Of a stretch of 64,000 bases of DNA, positions 18,297 to 28,730 are shown piece after piece. The position numbers and the translations under genes were made by a program. The notes beneath the pieces were generated by a model that saw only the letters and a list, made by a program, of their open reading frames with translations, ran no database searches and was not told the DNA's origin. Source of the DNA: Candidatus Moranbacteria bacterium RIFOXYB1_FULL_43_19 (GTDB lineage Bacteria > Patescibacteriota > Minisyncoccia > Moranbacterales > UBA11712); assembly GCA_001784875.1 (NCBI GenBank), contig MFSH01000008.1:1555-65554 (forward strand), given 5' to 3'. Position 1 is the stretch's first letter; the number at the start of each line of letters is the position of its first letter.

Positions 18297-18417
18297 TTTA
18301 GTAACATAGCAGTGGGCGGTGAGACTGGTTGTGGGCAGTGGGTCATGATAAAATTTTTCCAGTGACTAACGACTCACGGCTATTCCCGCTACTCACAGTC
18401 TTGTTACCCACAGCTTT
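18297..18417. repeat. family E intergenic imperfect inverted repeat
   Basis: AGCAGTGGGCGGTGAG...GTGGGCAGTGGG pairs with CCCGCTACTCACAG...CCCACAGC. Confidence 0.5.
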
Positions 18418-18419
18418 TT

Positions 18420-19604
18420 ATGATTACAGTTTTAATTTTTATCTTCATCCTGGGTCTTCTGGTCTTTGTTCACGAACTGGGACATTTTTTGGTTGCGCGA
18501 AGGAACGGCGTTGAGGTTGAAGAATTCGGTTTTGGTTTTCCGCCGAGAATATTCGGGGTTTATTGGAACTGGGAGGGGAAAAGAAGAATAATCTGGGGAT
18601 CGAAAGAAATTGAAGAAGTTCGAGAAGCGAGAAAAATCGGCGAAGAAAAAACTGTTTATTCGTTCAATTGGATTCCGCTCGGGGGTTTTGTGAAAATCAC
18701 GGGCGAAGACGGCGAGAAGAAGGGAAATCCGAAAAGTTTTGCTTCGAAGCCGCCATTTACCCGGGTTAGAATCCTCGCGGCGGGCGTGGTCATGAATTTT
18801 CTTTTGGCGGCCGCACTGTTTTCTTTCGGTTTTTGGCTGGGAGTTCCGCAACCTGCGGAAGAAGTGAAAAATGGGAAAGTGGGAAATGAGAAGATTCAGA
18901 TTGTAGATGTCGGGAAAGGAACGCCGGCTGAGGCAATGGGTATCCGCGCCGGGGACGAAATTTTGGGGGCGATGAAGGAAAATAATCTGGTGAAATTTTC
19001 TTCAGTTGAGGAAGTGCAGAACTTTATAGGAGAAAATAAAGGCAGCCAAGTAATTCTGGAAATTCAAAGGGGGAAGGAAAAATTGGAAATTTTCGGCACA
19101 CCGAGAGCTGATTTTCCGGAAGGCGAAGGGCCGCTAGGGATTGGCCTTGCGAAAATAGTTGTCGCGAAATATCCGTGGTATCGGGCAATTGCCAAGGGAT
19201 TCCAGTATACTTTCGATCTGACAATCACTTTCATTTCATTTTTGGGGTTGCTCATTTGGCGGCTCATTGTCGGCCAGCCGGCGGGACTGGATGTTTCCGG
19301 GCCGGTGGGGATCGCGGTGCTGACCGGGCAAGTGGCGCAGCTGGGTTTCGACTATCTCATCCGTTTCACGGCGATGCTGTCTGTCAATCTCGCTATTATC
19401 AACATTCTCCCGATCCCCGCGCTTGACGGCGGTCGGATTCTCTTCATACTGATCGAAAGGCTTAAAGGCTCGCCGATTTCTCAAAAATTTGAGCAGCGCG
19501 CGCACAGCCTGGGATTTGCTCTTTTAATCTCCCTAATGGTTTTCGTCACCGTGAGGGATTTCATGAAATTTGATTTGGTGGAGAAGGCTATAAATTTATT
19601 TTAA
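18420..19604 (+). CDS. rseP: RseP-like site-2 zinc metalloprotease (M50) with a PDZ domain
   Basis: The HELGHFLVAR (HExxH) motif, a PDZ domain and the NLAIINILPIPALDGG motif are present. Confidence 0.85.
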   Translation: MITVLIFIFILGLLVFVHELGHFLVARRNGVEVEEFGFGFPPRIFGVYWNWEGKRRIIWGSKEIEEVREARKIGEEKTVYSFNWIPLGGFVKITGEDGEKKGNPKSFASKPPFTRVRILAAGVVMNFLLAAALFSFGFWLGVPQPAEEVKNGKVGNEKIQIVDVGKGTPAEAMGIRAGDEILGAMKENNLVKFSSVEEVQNFIGENKGSQVILEIQRGKEKLEIFGTPRADFPEGEGPLGIGLAKIVVAKYPWYRAIAKGFQYTFDLTITFISFLGLLIWRLIVGQPAGLDVSGPVGIAVLTGQVAQLGFDYLIRFTAMLSVNLAIINILPIPALDGGRILFILIERLKGSPISQKFEQRAHSLGFALLISLMVFVTVRDFMKFDLVEKAINLF

Positions 19605-19823
19605 TGGGAAAAATTGTTTGTTGGGTTGACTTAAGCTTTTTTTATTTTGTAAAAATCTTGGTCTTGGGCAACTTTGACACAATTCTTTGGCTGGGGTAAT
19701 ATTAGGTACTAGGAATAGAAAATAAATATAAAAATAGCCTGAAATTCACACATCGCTGAAATACTTTTTTATTTTTTTCTGATTCTCGTGTTTCGATTGA
19801 TAAAAAAAACATTACACGAATAA

Positions 19824-20876
19824 ATGCTTTCAAAAATATTCGGGAAATTTTCAAAAGATATCGGGATTGACCTTGGAACGGCCAACACTTTGGTTTATGT
19901 CCGTGACAAGGGAATCGTCATCAACGAGCCCTCGGTGGTGGCCGTCAACCAAAAAACGGGACAGATCCTGGCTATCGGCTCCGAGGCCAAAAAAATGGTC
20001 GGGAAAACTCCTTCGCATATTGTTGCCACGCGGCCTCTCGTTGATGGAGTTGTTTCTGATTTTGAAGTTACGGAACAGATGCTTCGCTATTTCATCGAAA
20101 AAGTCCATCAAGGAAGTTCGGCCTTTTTTTCCCGCCCCCAAGTGGTGATCGGAATTCCATCGGGAGTGACTGAAGTGGAAAAAAGAGCGGTGGTCGACGC
20201 GGCAGTCAGTGCCGGAGCGCGAAAAGCCTATCTTGTCGACGAGCCTATGGCGGCGGCTATCGGTGCCCGGCTTCCAGTCCAGGAGGCTTCAGGGAATATG
20301 ATAGTTGACATTGGAGGCGGCACGACGGAAATTGCGGTGATATCGCTTGGTGGAGTGGTTGTTTGCCGGAGTCTCCGTATTGCGGGGGACGAAATGAACG
20401 AAGACATTATCCGCTTCGCCCGGGACGAATTCAACCTTCTTCTTGGGGAAAAAACAGCTGAAGATATCAAAATTGCCATCGGGAGCGCCTATGAGCTCAA
20501 TGAAGTTCTGGAAATGCCGATGCGCGGAAGAGATCTCGTGACGGGCCTTCCTAAAGAAGTAATTGTGAACGATGCCCAAATCCGGGAAGCTATTTTCCGG
20601 TCGATAAAGATTATCGTCAACAATATCAAGTCAACTATTGAAGAAACTCCTCCGGAGCTTCTTTCTGATATAATGCAAAGGGGAATAATCCTGGCCGGCG
20701 GCGGGAGCCTCATTCGGGGGATCGAAAGGCTTATTTCCGAGCAAACTGATATGCCTGTCCGGGTAATGGATGATCCTCTGACGGCGGTTGTCCGGGGAAC
20801 GGGAATAATTCTTGAACACATTGACGAGTTGAAAGATATTTTGACGGAAACGCAGTACGATAAGGTATCTTTTTAG
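19824..20876 (+). CDS. mreB: rod-shape-determining protein MreB (paralog 2), followed by mreC, mreD and PBP2
   Basis: The N-terminus reads MLSKIFGKFSKDIGIDLGTANTLVYV. Confidence 0.9.
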   Translation: MLSKIFGKFSKDIGIDLGTANTLVYVRDKGIVINEPSVVAVNQKTGQILAIGSEAKKMVGKTPSHIVATRPLVDGVVSDFEVTEQMLRYFIEKVHQGSSAFFSRPQVVIGIPSGVTEVEKRAVVDAAVSAGARKAYLVDEPMAAAIGARLPVQEASGNMIVDIGGGTTEIAVISLGGVVVCRSLRIAGDEMNEDIIRFARDEFNLLLGEKTAEDIKIAIGSAYELNEVLEMPMRGRDLVTGLPKEVIVNDAQIREAIFRSIKIIVNNIKSTIEETPPELLSDIMQRGIILAGGGSLIRGIERLISEQTDMPVRVMDDPLTAVVRGTGIILEHIDELKDILTETQYDKVSF

Positions 20877-20970
20877 TAGCTGGTAGCTAGTATATGGTAT
20901 CTGGTATATTTTTTTTGATATCAATAAAATAAAATACTAAATACTAAATAACAGATACCAAATACAAGTC
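20874..20970. repeat. family B repeat (GGTATCTGGTAT / ATACTAAATACTAAATA...GATACCAAATAC)
   Basis: The same motifs occur in-frame in the MiaB-like gene at 711-750 and 983-1024. Confidence 0.45.
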
Positions 20971-21774
20971 ATGACATTTTTTTCCCGCAAAAACACAAAA
21001 TTCATATTCACGGTTGTTCTTCTGCTATTCATTGTTTTTCTTTCTTTCCGCGGGGCGGATAATCCGGTCAAGGGAACGACTCTCTGGCTGATCAGCCCGT
21101 TTATGAAGACTTTCCGCATTTTTTCCGGAGGCGTCCAGGGCTTTTTTCACTTTCTCGGATCAATTGGCGAGCTCAAAGAAGATAATGAAAAACTGCTGAA
21201 TGAGAATCAGAACCTTTCGGCGGAAATCGCAAGGCTCAAGGACACGGCGGAGGAGAACAAGGTTTTGAGATCAGAAATGAGCCTTATCCCAAAGGCAAAA
21301 TATGACCTTGAAGCAAGTTTTGTGATCGGGCAAGACGCACTGGGCTCGGGAAGTTCGATTTTCATAGATAAGGGAGAAAATAAGGGAATCAGAGAAGGTA
21401 TGGCGGTCATTGTTTCAAATGGTATTCTGGTCGGGAAAATAAATCAGGTTTTTCCGGATACATCAAAAGTGGTTCTTATTTCCGACCGGGAAAGCGCTAT
21501 AGCCGGTGAAGTTTTGGAATCGGGAGCGAAGGGTATAATCAGAGGAACATACGGGCTCGGGACCATGATGGATATGATTTCTCAGGCTGAAGTTGTCAAA
21601 GAAGGAGATACGGCCATCACATCAGGTTTGAGAGGAGGTATTCCGAGAGGATTGCTTATTGGAAAAATCGGGCAAGTCGAACAATCAGAAGACAAACTTT
21701 TCCAGCAAGCCACAATTTTTCCGTCAGCCAATTTTTCCTCCCTCAAAGTTGTTTTTATTGTGAAAAGTTTCTAA
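20971..21774 (+). CDS. mreC: rod-shape-determining protein MreC
   Basis: An N-terminal TM segment and a coiled coil are followed by the beta domain (GDTAITSGLRGGIPRGLLIGKI). Confidence 0.8.
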   Translation: MTFFSRKNTKFIFTVVLLLFIVFLSFRGADNPVKGTTLWLISPFMKTFRIFSGGVQGFFHFLGSIGELKEDNEKLLNENQNLSAEIARLKDTAEENKVLRSEMSLIPKAKYDLEASFVIGQDALGSGSSIFIDKGENKGIREGMAVIVSNGILVGKINQVFPDTSKVVLISDRESAIAGEVLESGAKGIIRGTYGLGTMMDMISQAEVVKEGDTAITSGLRGGIPRGLLIGKIGQVEQSEDKLFQQATIFPSANFSSLKVVFIVKSF

Positions 21775-21788
21775 GCCAAATTTCGAGT

Positions 21789-22322
21789 ATGAAGAACTTC
21801 AACCTTTTTTTGCTTATCTTGGTCCTTTTCATTTTCCAATTTTCCATTCTGGGGGTATTCTTCCAGAGCGGCCGTATTCCCAATTTGTTTGTGGCGCTGG
21901 TGGTGAGCCTGGCGATAATTTTCGGTTTTGAAAAATCTCTGCCATGGGTCGTTTTCGCCGGATTTCTTTCGGATGCCGGATCAACCTGGCTTTTTGGTTC
22001 GGGAATTTTGGCTCTGGTGATCATTCTTTGGCTGATTGACAAGGTAAAAGCCATTGCTGAATTTCGCTCGAAGCGATATTTGTTTGCTTTCCTTCTTTTT
22101 CTGACTACGGGTGTTTCGAGCGTTGCTTTCGATATTTCGATCGAGCTTATTCTCAAGGCTGAAAAACTTTTTTCTCTGGGAGTTTCTTCCGCATCTTTGA
22201 ATTTGTCTTTCGGGACAGACTATACTTTAAAGACGGCCTATACGGCTCTTTCGGTCATCGCTGTATATTTTTTTGTCCGTAAGATACCCAAGCGTTCTAA
22301 TATTATTTTGGCCAGAAAATGA
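21789..22322 (+). CDS. mreD: MreD-like membrane protein
   Basis: A small polytopic membrane protein sits between mreC and the PBP2 gene. The call rests on synteny only. Confidence 0.5.
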   Translation: MKNFNLFLLILVLFIFQFSILGVFFQSGRIPNLFVALVVSLAIIFGFEKSLPWVVFAGFLSDAGSTWLFGSGILALVIILWLIDKVKAIAEFRSKRYLFAFLLFLTTGVSSVAFDISIELILKAEKLFSLGVSSASLNLSFGTDYTLKTAYTALSVIAVYFFVRKIPKRSNIILARK

Positions 22323-22359
22323 AGTACATAATCCCAATCAAAGCTAATTGAAATAATAG

Positions 22360-24261
22360 ATGTTTTTCAAAAAATATTTCAAAAATAGGCGGCAGGGGAA
22401 AGGCATTGAAATTGAAGACGTGACCAGCTTCCGCGAGAATAGCCCTCAAAGAGAAATGCTGATCAGCGAACCGATTGACAGCCGGGGCTTTCAATTTTTC
22501 CGTTTTTTGGCGATTTCTATTTTTTTGATGCTTGCCTTCAGGGTTTTTTATCTTCAAGTTATGAGAGGAGATTATTATGGCGGACTGGCGAAGGAAAACA
22601 GAATGCGCTACGTGGATATCAAAGCCCCGAGAGGCCTGATTTATGACCGCAATGGGCGGGAATTGGTGAGAAACATACCCAGTTTTGATGTTATTTTTAT
22701 CCCGGCTGATTTTTCCAGAGATGCTTCTGAAAAAAACAGGGACATAAGGGGCATGGCCGAGCTTCTCAATATGAACGACCAAAACATGGCTGCTATCACA
22801 AATTCCCAAGATGCCGATTCGCTGAATCCGGTTCTCGTGAAAAGCAACATCAGCGAAGAAGAAGCTCTTGTCCTTTCAGAAAGAAAGAAAGATTTCGGAG
22901 GTTTCCAGCTGGACAAGACGGCGGTCAGGCAGTATGAAAACGGAGCCGTTTTTTCGGCAGTCATGGGATATACGGGAAAAATAAACCGTGAAGAGCTTAA
23001 GAAATATCCGGATTATCCGCTGACGGACTATATCGGAAAAATGGGCTTGGAAGAGAGCTATGAGAAATATTTGCGCGGAATAAATGGGAAGCAAAAAGTC
23101 GAGGTTGATTCAGCGGGAAACATCAAGAAAAATCTGGGGACGGAAAATCCGACCAACGGGAACGATTTGCATCTGGGACTTGACGCCGGCCTTCAAGAAA
23201 AAATCGAAGAAAGCCTTCAGAAAATGTTTGAGCAAACCGGGACAAAAACGGCCGCGGCGGTTGCTATCAACCCTCAAAACGGGGAAGTTTTGGCGCTGGT
23301 GAGTCTGCCCGGCTTTGACAATAATCTTTTTTCGCAGGGAATAACGTCCGAAGACTACGAAAAACTTCTCGGCGACGCAGAAAAGCCGATGTTCAACCGG
23401 GCGATTTCAGGGGAATATCCGCCAGGCTCGACACTGAAGCCACTGGTGGCTGCCGCGGCGCTTCAGGAAAAAACAATTTCTCCGGATACAACCATTGGTT
23501 GCAGCGGCGGCATCAGAATTGGCAGTTATAATTTTCCCGACTGGAAAACTCATGGAGAGACCGATGTTCGAAAAGCCATTGCCGAAAGTTGCGACGTTTT
23601 TTTCTATTCTGTCGGCGGTGGATGGCAAAATATTCCACCGCTCGGAATTGACCGGATAAAAAAATATGCCGACCTTTTCGGCCTCGGAAAAATTTTGGGG
23701 ATTGACATTCCCGGAGAAACTAGCGGACTCATGCCAACCCAATCCTGGAAGCAGGAAAAGATCGGGGAGCGATGGTTTTTGGGAGATGACTACCACTCAG
23801 CTATCGGACAGGGATTTGACACCGCGACTCCGCTCCAGCTCGCGAACTATATTGCGGCGGTTGCAAACGGGGGAACGGTCTATCGCCCTCATCTTCTGAG
23901 CTACGTCAAGAAAAATGACGGAACGGAAGAAAAAATAAAACCCGAAATTTTGAGCAAAAATTTTGTTTCGTCTTCTAATATGGAAGTGGTGAGAGAGGGC
24001 ATGCGCCAGACAGTTTTTTCCGGAACAGCGCAGTCGCTCAAAGACTTGCCGGTTGAAGTGGCCGGGAAAACCGGAACAGCTCAATTCGGGGGCGAGAACA
24101 AAACGCATGGCTGGTTTGTTTCTTTCGCGCCTTACGACAATCCGGAAATTGCCATGGCAGTTTTGGTTGAAGGCGGAGGAGAAGGGCACTCGACGGCGGT
24201 GCCGGTGACAAGAGAAACTCTCGATTGGTATTTTTCCCGGCGGGACAATGGAACAAAGTAA
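22360..24261 (+). CDS. mrdA: penicillin-binding protein 2 (transpeptidase)
   Basis: A TM anchor and dimerisation domain are followed by the transpeptidase motifs STLKP and KTGTA. Confidence 0.85.
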   Translation: MFFKKYFKNRRQGKGIEIEDVTSFRENSPQREMLISEPIDSRGFQFFRFLAISIFLMLAFRVFYLQVMRGDYYGGLAKENRMRYVDIKAPRGLIYDRNGRELVRNIPSFDVIFIPADFSRDASEKNRDIRGMAELLNMNDQNMAAITNSQDADSLNPVLVKSNISEEEALVLSERKKDFGGFQLDKTAVRQYENGAVFSAVMGYTGKINREELKKYPDYPLTDYIGKMGLEESYEKYLRGINGKQKVEVDSAGNIKKNLGTENPTNGNDLHLGLDAGLQEKIEESLQKMFEQTGTKTAAAVAINPQNGEVLALVSLPGFDNNLFSQGITSEDYEKLLGDAEKPMFNRAISGEYPPGSTLKPLVAAAALQEKTISPDTTIGCSGGIRIGSYNFPDWKTHGETDVRKAIAESCDVFFYSVGGGWQNIPPLGIDRIKKYADLFGLGKILGIDIPGETSGLMPTQSWKQEKIGERWFLGDDYHSAIGQGFDTATPLQLANYIAAVANGGTVYRPHLLSYVKKNDGTEEKIKPEILSKNFVSSSNMEVVREGMRQTVFSGTAQSLKDLPVEVAGKTGTAQFGGENKTHGWFVSFAPYDNPEIAMAVLVEGGGEGHSTAVPVTRETLDWYFSRRDNGTK

Positions 24262-24408
24262 ATGGAATTTATCTATTTGCTGGAACATATAGATTAATTT
24301 ATATCTTGCCTGTTTAATCGGAAGTGGGTTGACAGAATTTCTCTTTTTTATATAATTCATACTGTTCAATATAATAAGTTTCCAGTGCTCGCGAACGAGT
24401 GCTTTTAA

Positions 24409-24527
24409 ATTCACCCCGCACCAATCCTAACAACGCGCGTCAATTATTCACGACAGAGAGGCGAAGCCGCTTCACTCTCTAGCTCAGTCTAACTATGGAC
24501 CTTGGCTGGGATTGGTGCGGGGTGAAC
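24409..24527. repeat. family F-like hairpin element directly upstream of greA
   Basis: The arms TTCACCCCGCACCAATCC ... GGATTGGTGCGGGGTGAA are near-perfect and enclose about 80 nt. Confidence 0.45.
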
Positions 24528-24535
24528 CCAATACT

Positions 24536-24991
24536 ATGACAAAACTTCTTACTCCCGAGGGCTTCAAAAAGCTGGAAGAAGAGCTTGGCATGCGAAAAAC
24601 AGAAATGAGGCAGAAAATTGCCGCCATTATCAAGGAAGCCAAGGAACAGGGAGATCTTTCTGAAAACGCGGAATATACCGAAGCCAAGCGCCAGCAGGCT
24701 GACAACGAAAGGCGGATTATGGAGCTGGAAAGCCAGATCCGCACTTCGGAAGTGGCCAATTTTGTGAAGGGTTCTAACGTGGTCCAGATGGGCTCAAAAG
24801 TGAAAGTGAAATTCAACGGCGAAGAGCAGGTTTTTGAAATTGTCGGCTCGAACGAAGCTGATCCGATGGTCTGGAAAATTTCCAACGAATCGCCGATTGG
24901 CAAAGTTCTTCTCGGGAAAAAAGCCGGAGACAAAGTGAAAGCCGGCACGCCAAGCGGGGAGAAAGAGTATGAGATTATTGAGGTGAAATAA
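24536..24991 (+). CDS. greA: transcription elongation factor GreA
   Basis: The N-terminus reads MTKLLTPEGFKKLEEEL. A coiled coil and an FKBP-like C-terminal domain follow. Confidence 0.9.
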   Translation: MTKLLTPEGFKKLEEELGMRKTEMRQKIAAIIKEAKEQGDLSENAEYTEAKRQQADNERRIMELESQIRTSEVANFVKGSNVVQMGSKVKVKFNGEEQVFEIVGSNEADPMVWKISNESPIGKVLLGKKAGDKVKAGTPSGEKEYEIIEVK

Positions 24992-25104
24992 TATTTCTAT
25001 TGTTTTATCGGAGAGCTAATGGGTTAACGAGTTATATTACAACAAGCACTGGATGAAAGTCCGGGCTTGTTTTTTTGTGGGGGAAAAGATAATATATAGT
25101 CATT

Positions 25105-25222
25105 GGGAACAAGGTTGTGAGCAGTGAGTTAGGTCTTTGGTCATGGGTCTTTGGGGGCTCAATTCCCACAGCCAATGAATCATGACTAGTCCCACTGCCC
25201 ACTGCTTCGTTACTCACAGCCA
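25105..25222. repeat. family E intergenic imperfect inverted repeat
   Basis: GTGAGCAGTGAG ... CCCACTGCCCACTGC...CTCACAGCC. Confidence 0.5.
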
Positions 25223-25227
25223 AATTT

Positions 25228-26673
25228 ATGCTCGACGAAATCAAAGAAATAAAGCTCAAAAAACTCATAAACCTGCGTCAGTCCGGTATGGAAGCCTATC
25301 CGGAAAAAACGGAACGGTCGATGACCAACCAAAAAGCACTGGCCGGTTTTGAGGCGCTCCAGGAAAAAGAATTGAGCCTTGTCGGCAGAATCCGGTCGCT
25401 TCGTCCCATGGGCGGTTCGGCTTTTGCCAATATCGAAGACGAGTCGGGAAAAATCCAGATTTTTCTGAATAAAGATAATATTGGTGAAGAGAAATACAAA
25501 TTATTCACAGACAATGTCGAGCTTGGGGATTTCATCGAAGCCGGCGGGAAACTTTTCAAAACCCAGACTGGAGAAACAACTCTTCAAATTCGGGATTGGA
25601 AAATGCTCTCCAAGAGTCTAGCTCCCGTTCCGACTGAATATTTCGGGCTCAAAGACACGGAAGAACTTTTGCGCCGGAGATACTTGGATCTTATGATGAA
25701 CGCGGAAACGCGCGAAATTTTCCGCCAAAAAAATATCTTCTGGCAGACGGTGCGAAATTTCCTTGCTAAACACGGCTTTCTCGAAGTTCAGACTCCCGTT
25801 TTTGAAAATATTCCCGGCGGCGCCGACGCGGAGCCTTTTGTCACGCGCCACAACGCCCTCGGAAGGGACTATTTCATGAGAATATCCTTGGAGTTGCCGC
25901 TCAAAAAAATGCTGGTCGGCGGATACGAAAAGATTTTTGAAATCGGGCGGGTTTTCCGAAATGAAGGAATTGACCGCGAGCATCTTCAGGAATACGACAT
26001 GGTCGAGCTATATTCGGCTTATACAAACCTCAAAGAGGGGATGAAACTGACGAAAAAAATATTCCAGGAAATTGTGAAAAAATCCGGGAAAGCAGAAACT
26101 GAATACGAAGGGAATATGATAAACTGGCTCGGAAAATGGGAAACAAAAGACTATTTCAAATTATTCAAAGAGGAGACGGAGATCGACCTTGGAAAGGAAA
26201 TCTCCGTGGAAGATCTCAAGAAAAAAGCGGTCGAACTCCGGATTGAATACAGGCCGGAATATGGGAAGGGCCGAATGGTTGATCTTCTTTTCAAAAAAAA
26301 GATCCGGCCGAAATTGACGAATCCTTGTTTTTTAGTCGGCCATCCAATTGAAGTTTCACCGCTGGCGAAAAAAGACCCGAAAAATCCGAAAAAAGTTTTG
26401 CGAGTGCAAGTAATTGCCGGCGGAACGGAACTTGCCAACGGTTTTTCCGAGCTCAATGACCCGATTGACCAGCGAGCCCGTTTTGAAGCGCAAATGAAAC
26501 TTCGCGAGGCCGGAGACAAAGAGGCTCAAATGCTCGACGAGGATTTTGTGGAAGCGCTCGAATATGGAATGCCTCCCGCTTTCGGCCTTGGAATCAGCGA
26601 ACGACTCTTCGCGTTTCTCATGGGAAAGTCGGTGCGAGAAACGATCATTTTCCCGCCGATGAAGGAGAAGTAA
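25228..26673 (+). CDS. lysS: lysyl-tRNA synthetase (class II)
   Basis: An OB-fold N-domain and class II motifs (FRNEGIDREH, GGTELANGFSELNDP) are present. Confidence 0.9.
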   Translation: MLDEIKEIKLKKLINLRQSGMEAYPEKTERSMTNQKALAGFEALQEKELSLVGRIRSLRPMGGSAFANIEDESGKIQIFLNKDNIGEEKYKLFTDNVELGDFIEAGGKLFKTQTGETTLQIRDWKMLSKSLAPVPTEYFGLKDTEELLRRRYLDLMMNAETREIFRQKNIFWQTVRNFLAKHGFLEVQTPVFENIPGGADAEPFVTRHNALGRDYFMRISLELPLKKMLVGGYEKIFEIGRVFRNEGIDREHLQEYDMVELYSAYTNLKEGMKLTKKIFQEIVKKSGKAETEYEGNMINWLGKWETKDYFKLFKEETEIDLGKEISVEDLKKKAVELRIEYRPEYGKGRMVDLLFKKKIRPKLTNPCFLVGHPIEVSPLAKKDPKNPKKVLRVQVIAGGTELANGFSELNDPIDQRARFEAQMKLREAGDKEAQMLDEDFVEALEYGMPPAFGLGISERLFAFLMGKSVRETIIFPPMKEK

Positions 26674-26694
26674 AGTAATAATTAATAAAAAAAT

Positions 26695-27120
26695 ATGGGT
26701 ATCGAAGACGGACCAAAAATGCCGATAAAACAAGAAGAAAGTCCAGGCGTTGAAGGATCTCCAATTCAAGATCCCGCCCTTGAAGCCGAAAAAAGAAAAA
26801 GAGAAATTATGGGCTTGTTTGAAATTATTCAGGATATCATTCAAAGGGCTGGCACAACCGGGGGCGAACTCAAAAAGTTACTTGATGACTTGCAGGATTA
26901 TCAGCAACAGAAATACGGCGAGGTCTTGAAGCTGTTACAAGAAGATAATCAAGAAGATAATTCGGAAGAAGCTCTGGCTTTTCTGAAAGATTCAGACGAA
27001 AGAGCCAAGCGAGCTAGGATGACAGCAGCCCAGATCGAAAGCCTGATGGATGATGTAGTGAAAAAAACCGGCGAATTGAGCGGTATTATTCAACCAAAAG
27101 AACCGAAAAATATTTCTTAA
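26695..27120 (+). CDS. hypothetical acidic protein
   Basis: A clean ORF between lysS and serS. No family was recognised. Confidence 0.4.
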   Translation: MGIEDGPKMPIKQEESPGVEGSPIQDPALEAEKRKREIMGLFEIIQDIIQRAGTTGGELKKLLDDLQDYQQQKYGEVLKLLQEDNQEDNSEEALAFLKDSDERAKRARMTAAQIESLMDDVVKKTGELSGIIQPKEPKNIS

Positions 27121-27126
27121 TTTTCT

Positions 27127-28392
27127 ATGCTCGACCTAAAATTTATCCGGGAAAATAAAGAAAAAGTAAAAGAGAATTGCCGGCTGCGCAATTTTGAGGT
27201 AGATGTTGACCGGCTTTTGGAATTGGATGAAAAAAGGCGGGAAATGATCCAGAGGATGGAAAAGCTGAAAAATGAAAAAAACAAGCTGAACGAAGAAATT
27301 AAAAAATCTGCGGATAAAAAAGTTATTGTCGAAAAAGGAAAGATTATAAAGAAAAAACTTGAAGAAGCTGTTCCGGAATTCGAAGAAACGGAAAAAGAAT
27401 GGAAAAAACTGGTTATCAAAATTCCCAATATGACCCATCCGGACGCGCCGATTGGGAAAGACGACAGCGAGAATAAAGAAATTGAAAGATACGGCGAACC
27501 GCCAGAATTTGCATTTACGCCGAAAGGGCACGAGGAACTAATGAAAAATCTGGACCTTATTGATTTCGAAAGGGGGGCGAAAGTGGCCGGGGCGAAATTC
27601 TATTTTCTCAAAAACGAGGCCGTTTTTTTGGAGCAGGCTTTAGTGAACTACGCACTCGAAGTTTGCCGCCAGGAAGGATTTTCGCCGTTTGTGACTCCGG
27701 ATTTGGCCAAAGACGAGGTTTTGCTGGGAATCGGATATAATCCCCGAGGCGAAGAGACACAGGTTTATTCCATTGAAAAAACGGATCTCAATCTAGTCGG
27801 GACGGCGGAAATCACGATGGGCGGCTATCACAAAGACGAAGCAATAGACGAGAAGGATCTGCCGCTCAAATACGTGGCGCTTTCCCATTGCTTTCGCACC
27901 GAAGCCGGTTCCTATGGCCGACACAGCGCCGGCCTTTTCCGGGTGCACCAGTTCACGAAGGTGGAAATGTTTGCCTATACGCTTCCGGAAAACTCGGAGG
28001 AAATGCACACTTATTTCAAGGATATGGAAGTGAAAATTTTCAAAGGGCTGGGTGTGCCTTTTCGGGTGGTGGACATCTGCACGGGCGACCTTGGCGGACC
28101 GGCTTACCGGAAATACGATCTCGAGGCCTGGATGACGAGCCGCGACGGGTGGGGAGAAGTGACTTCCACTTCCGATACGACGGACTACCAAGCGAGACGG
28201 CTCAACGTGAAAGTGAAACGCGAGGGCGGCCAAAAAGAATTTCTGCATATGCTCAACGGCACTGCCATTGCCACATCCCGGGCTTTGATTGCAATAATCG
28301 AGAATTGTCAGCAGGCCGATGGTTCGGTTGTCATTCCGGAAGTGCTTCGCAAATGGATGCCGGGAGGGATGAAAACAATTAACAGAAAATAA
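27127..28392 (+). CDS. serS: seryl-tRNA synthetase
   Basis: An N-terminal coiled-coil arm and class II motifs (FRTEAGSYGR, GLFRVHQF) are present. Confidence 0.9.
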   Translation: MLDLKFIRENKEKVKENCRLRNFEVDVDRLLELDEKRREMIQRMEKLKNEKNKLNEEIKKSADKKVIVEKGKIIKKKLEEAVPEFEETEKEWKKLVIKIPNMTHPDAPIGKDDSENKEIERYGEPPEFAFTPKGHEELMKNLDLIDFERGAKVAGAKFYFLKNEAVFLEQALVNYALEVCRQEGFSPFVTPDLAKDEVLLGIGYNPRGEETQVYSIEKTDLNLVGTAEITMGGYHKDEAIDEKDLPLKYVALSHCFRTEAGSYGRHSAGLFRVHQFTKVEMFAYTLPENSEEMHTYFKDMEVKIFKGLGVPFRVVDICTGDLGGPAYRKYDLEAWMTSRDGWGEVTSTSDTTDYQARRLNVKVKREGGQKEFLHMLNGTAIATSRALIAIIENCQQADGSVVIPEVLRKWMPGGMKTINRK

Positions 28393-28393
28393 A

Positions 28394-28693
28394 ATGGAAG
28401 ACGAAAAAAAATATGGCCCGGATGGAATTGTGAAGCTTCAGCAAGCAGATAAAGACTCCAGGGAAAAGGGCATGACCTTGAAAGAATGGTATGATGGGCT
28501 TCAAGAATTGGAAAAAGAAATAATTCAAAAGCTAAATGATCTGGATATTTCATTTAAAAAAGGAGAGATTGACGAGGAGACTCACAATGCAAAAAGTGAA
28601 GAACTTTATCGCGCGATAGGGGAAATAGACGAATCATATAATCGGCTGAAGCAGGCCTATAATTCACATTTAAGAATAAGAACAACTAATTAG
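28394..28693 (+). CDS. hypothetical small acidic protein
   Basis: A clean 99 aa ORF abutting serS. Confidence 0.4.
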   Translation: MEDEKKYGPDGIVKLQQADKDSREKGMTLKEWYDGLQELEKEIIQKLNDLDISFKKGEIDEETHNAKSEELYRAIGEIDESYNRLKQAYNSHLRIRTTN

Positions 28694-28730
28694 CAAAATG
28701 GCCATGGTACAACAAGAAAATCTATGCTAA

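Noticed and set aside
27888-28382. 164 aa Gly/Arg-rich ORF inside serS (and similar antisense or alternative-frame ORFs such as 1792-2130, 10130-10561, 22303-22809, 50840-51451)
   Set aside because: They are embedded in well-supported conserved genes, in other frames or on the other strand. Their compositional bias indicates frame artefacts.
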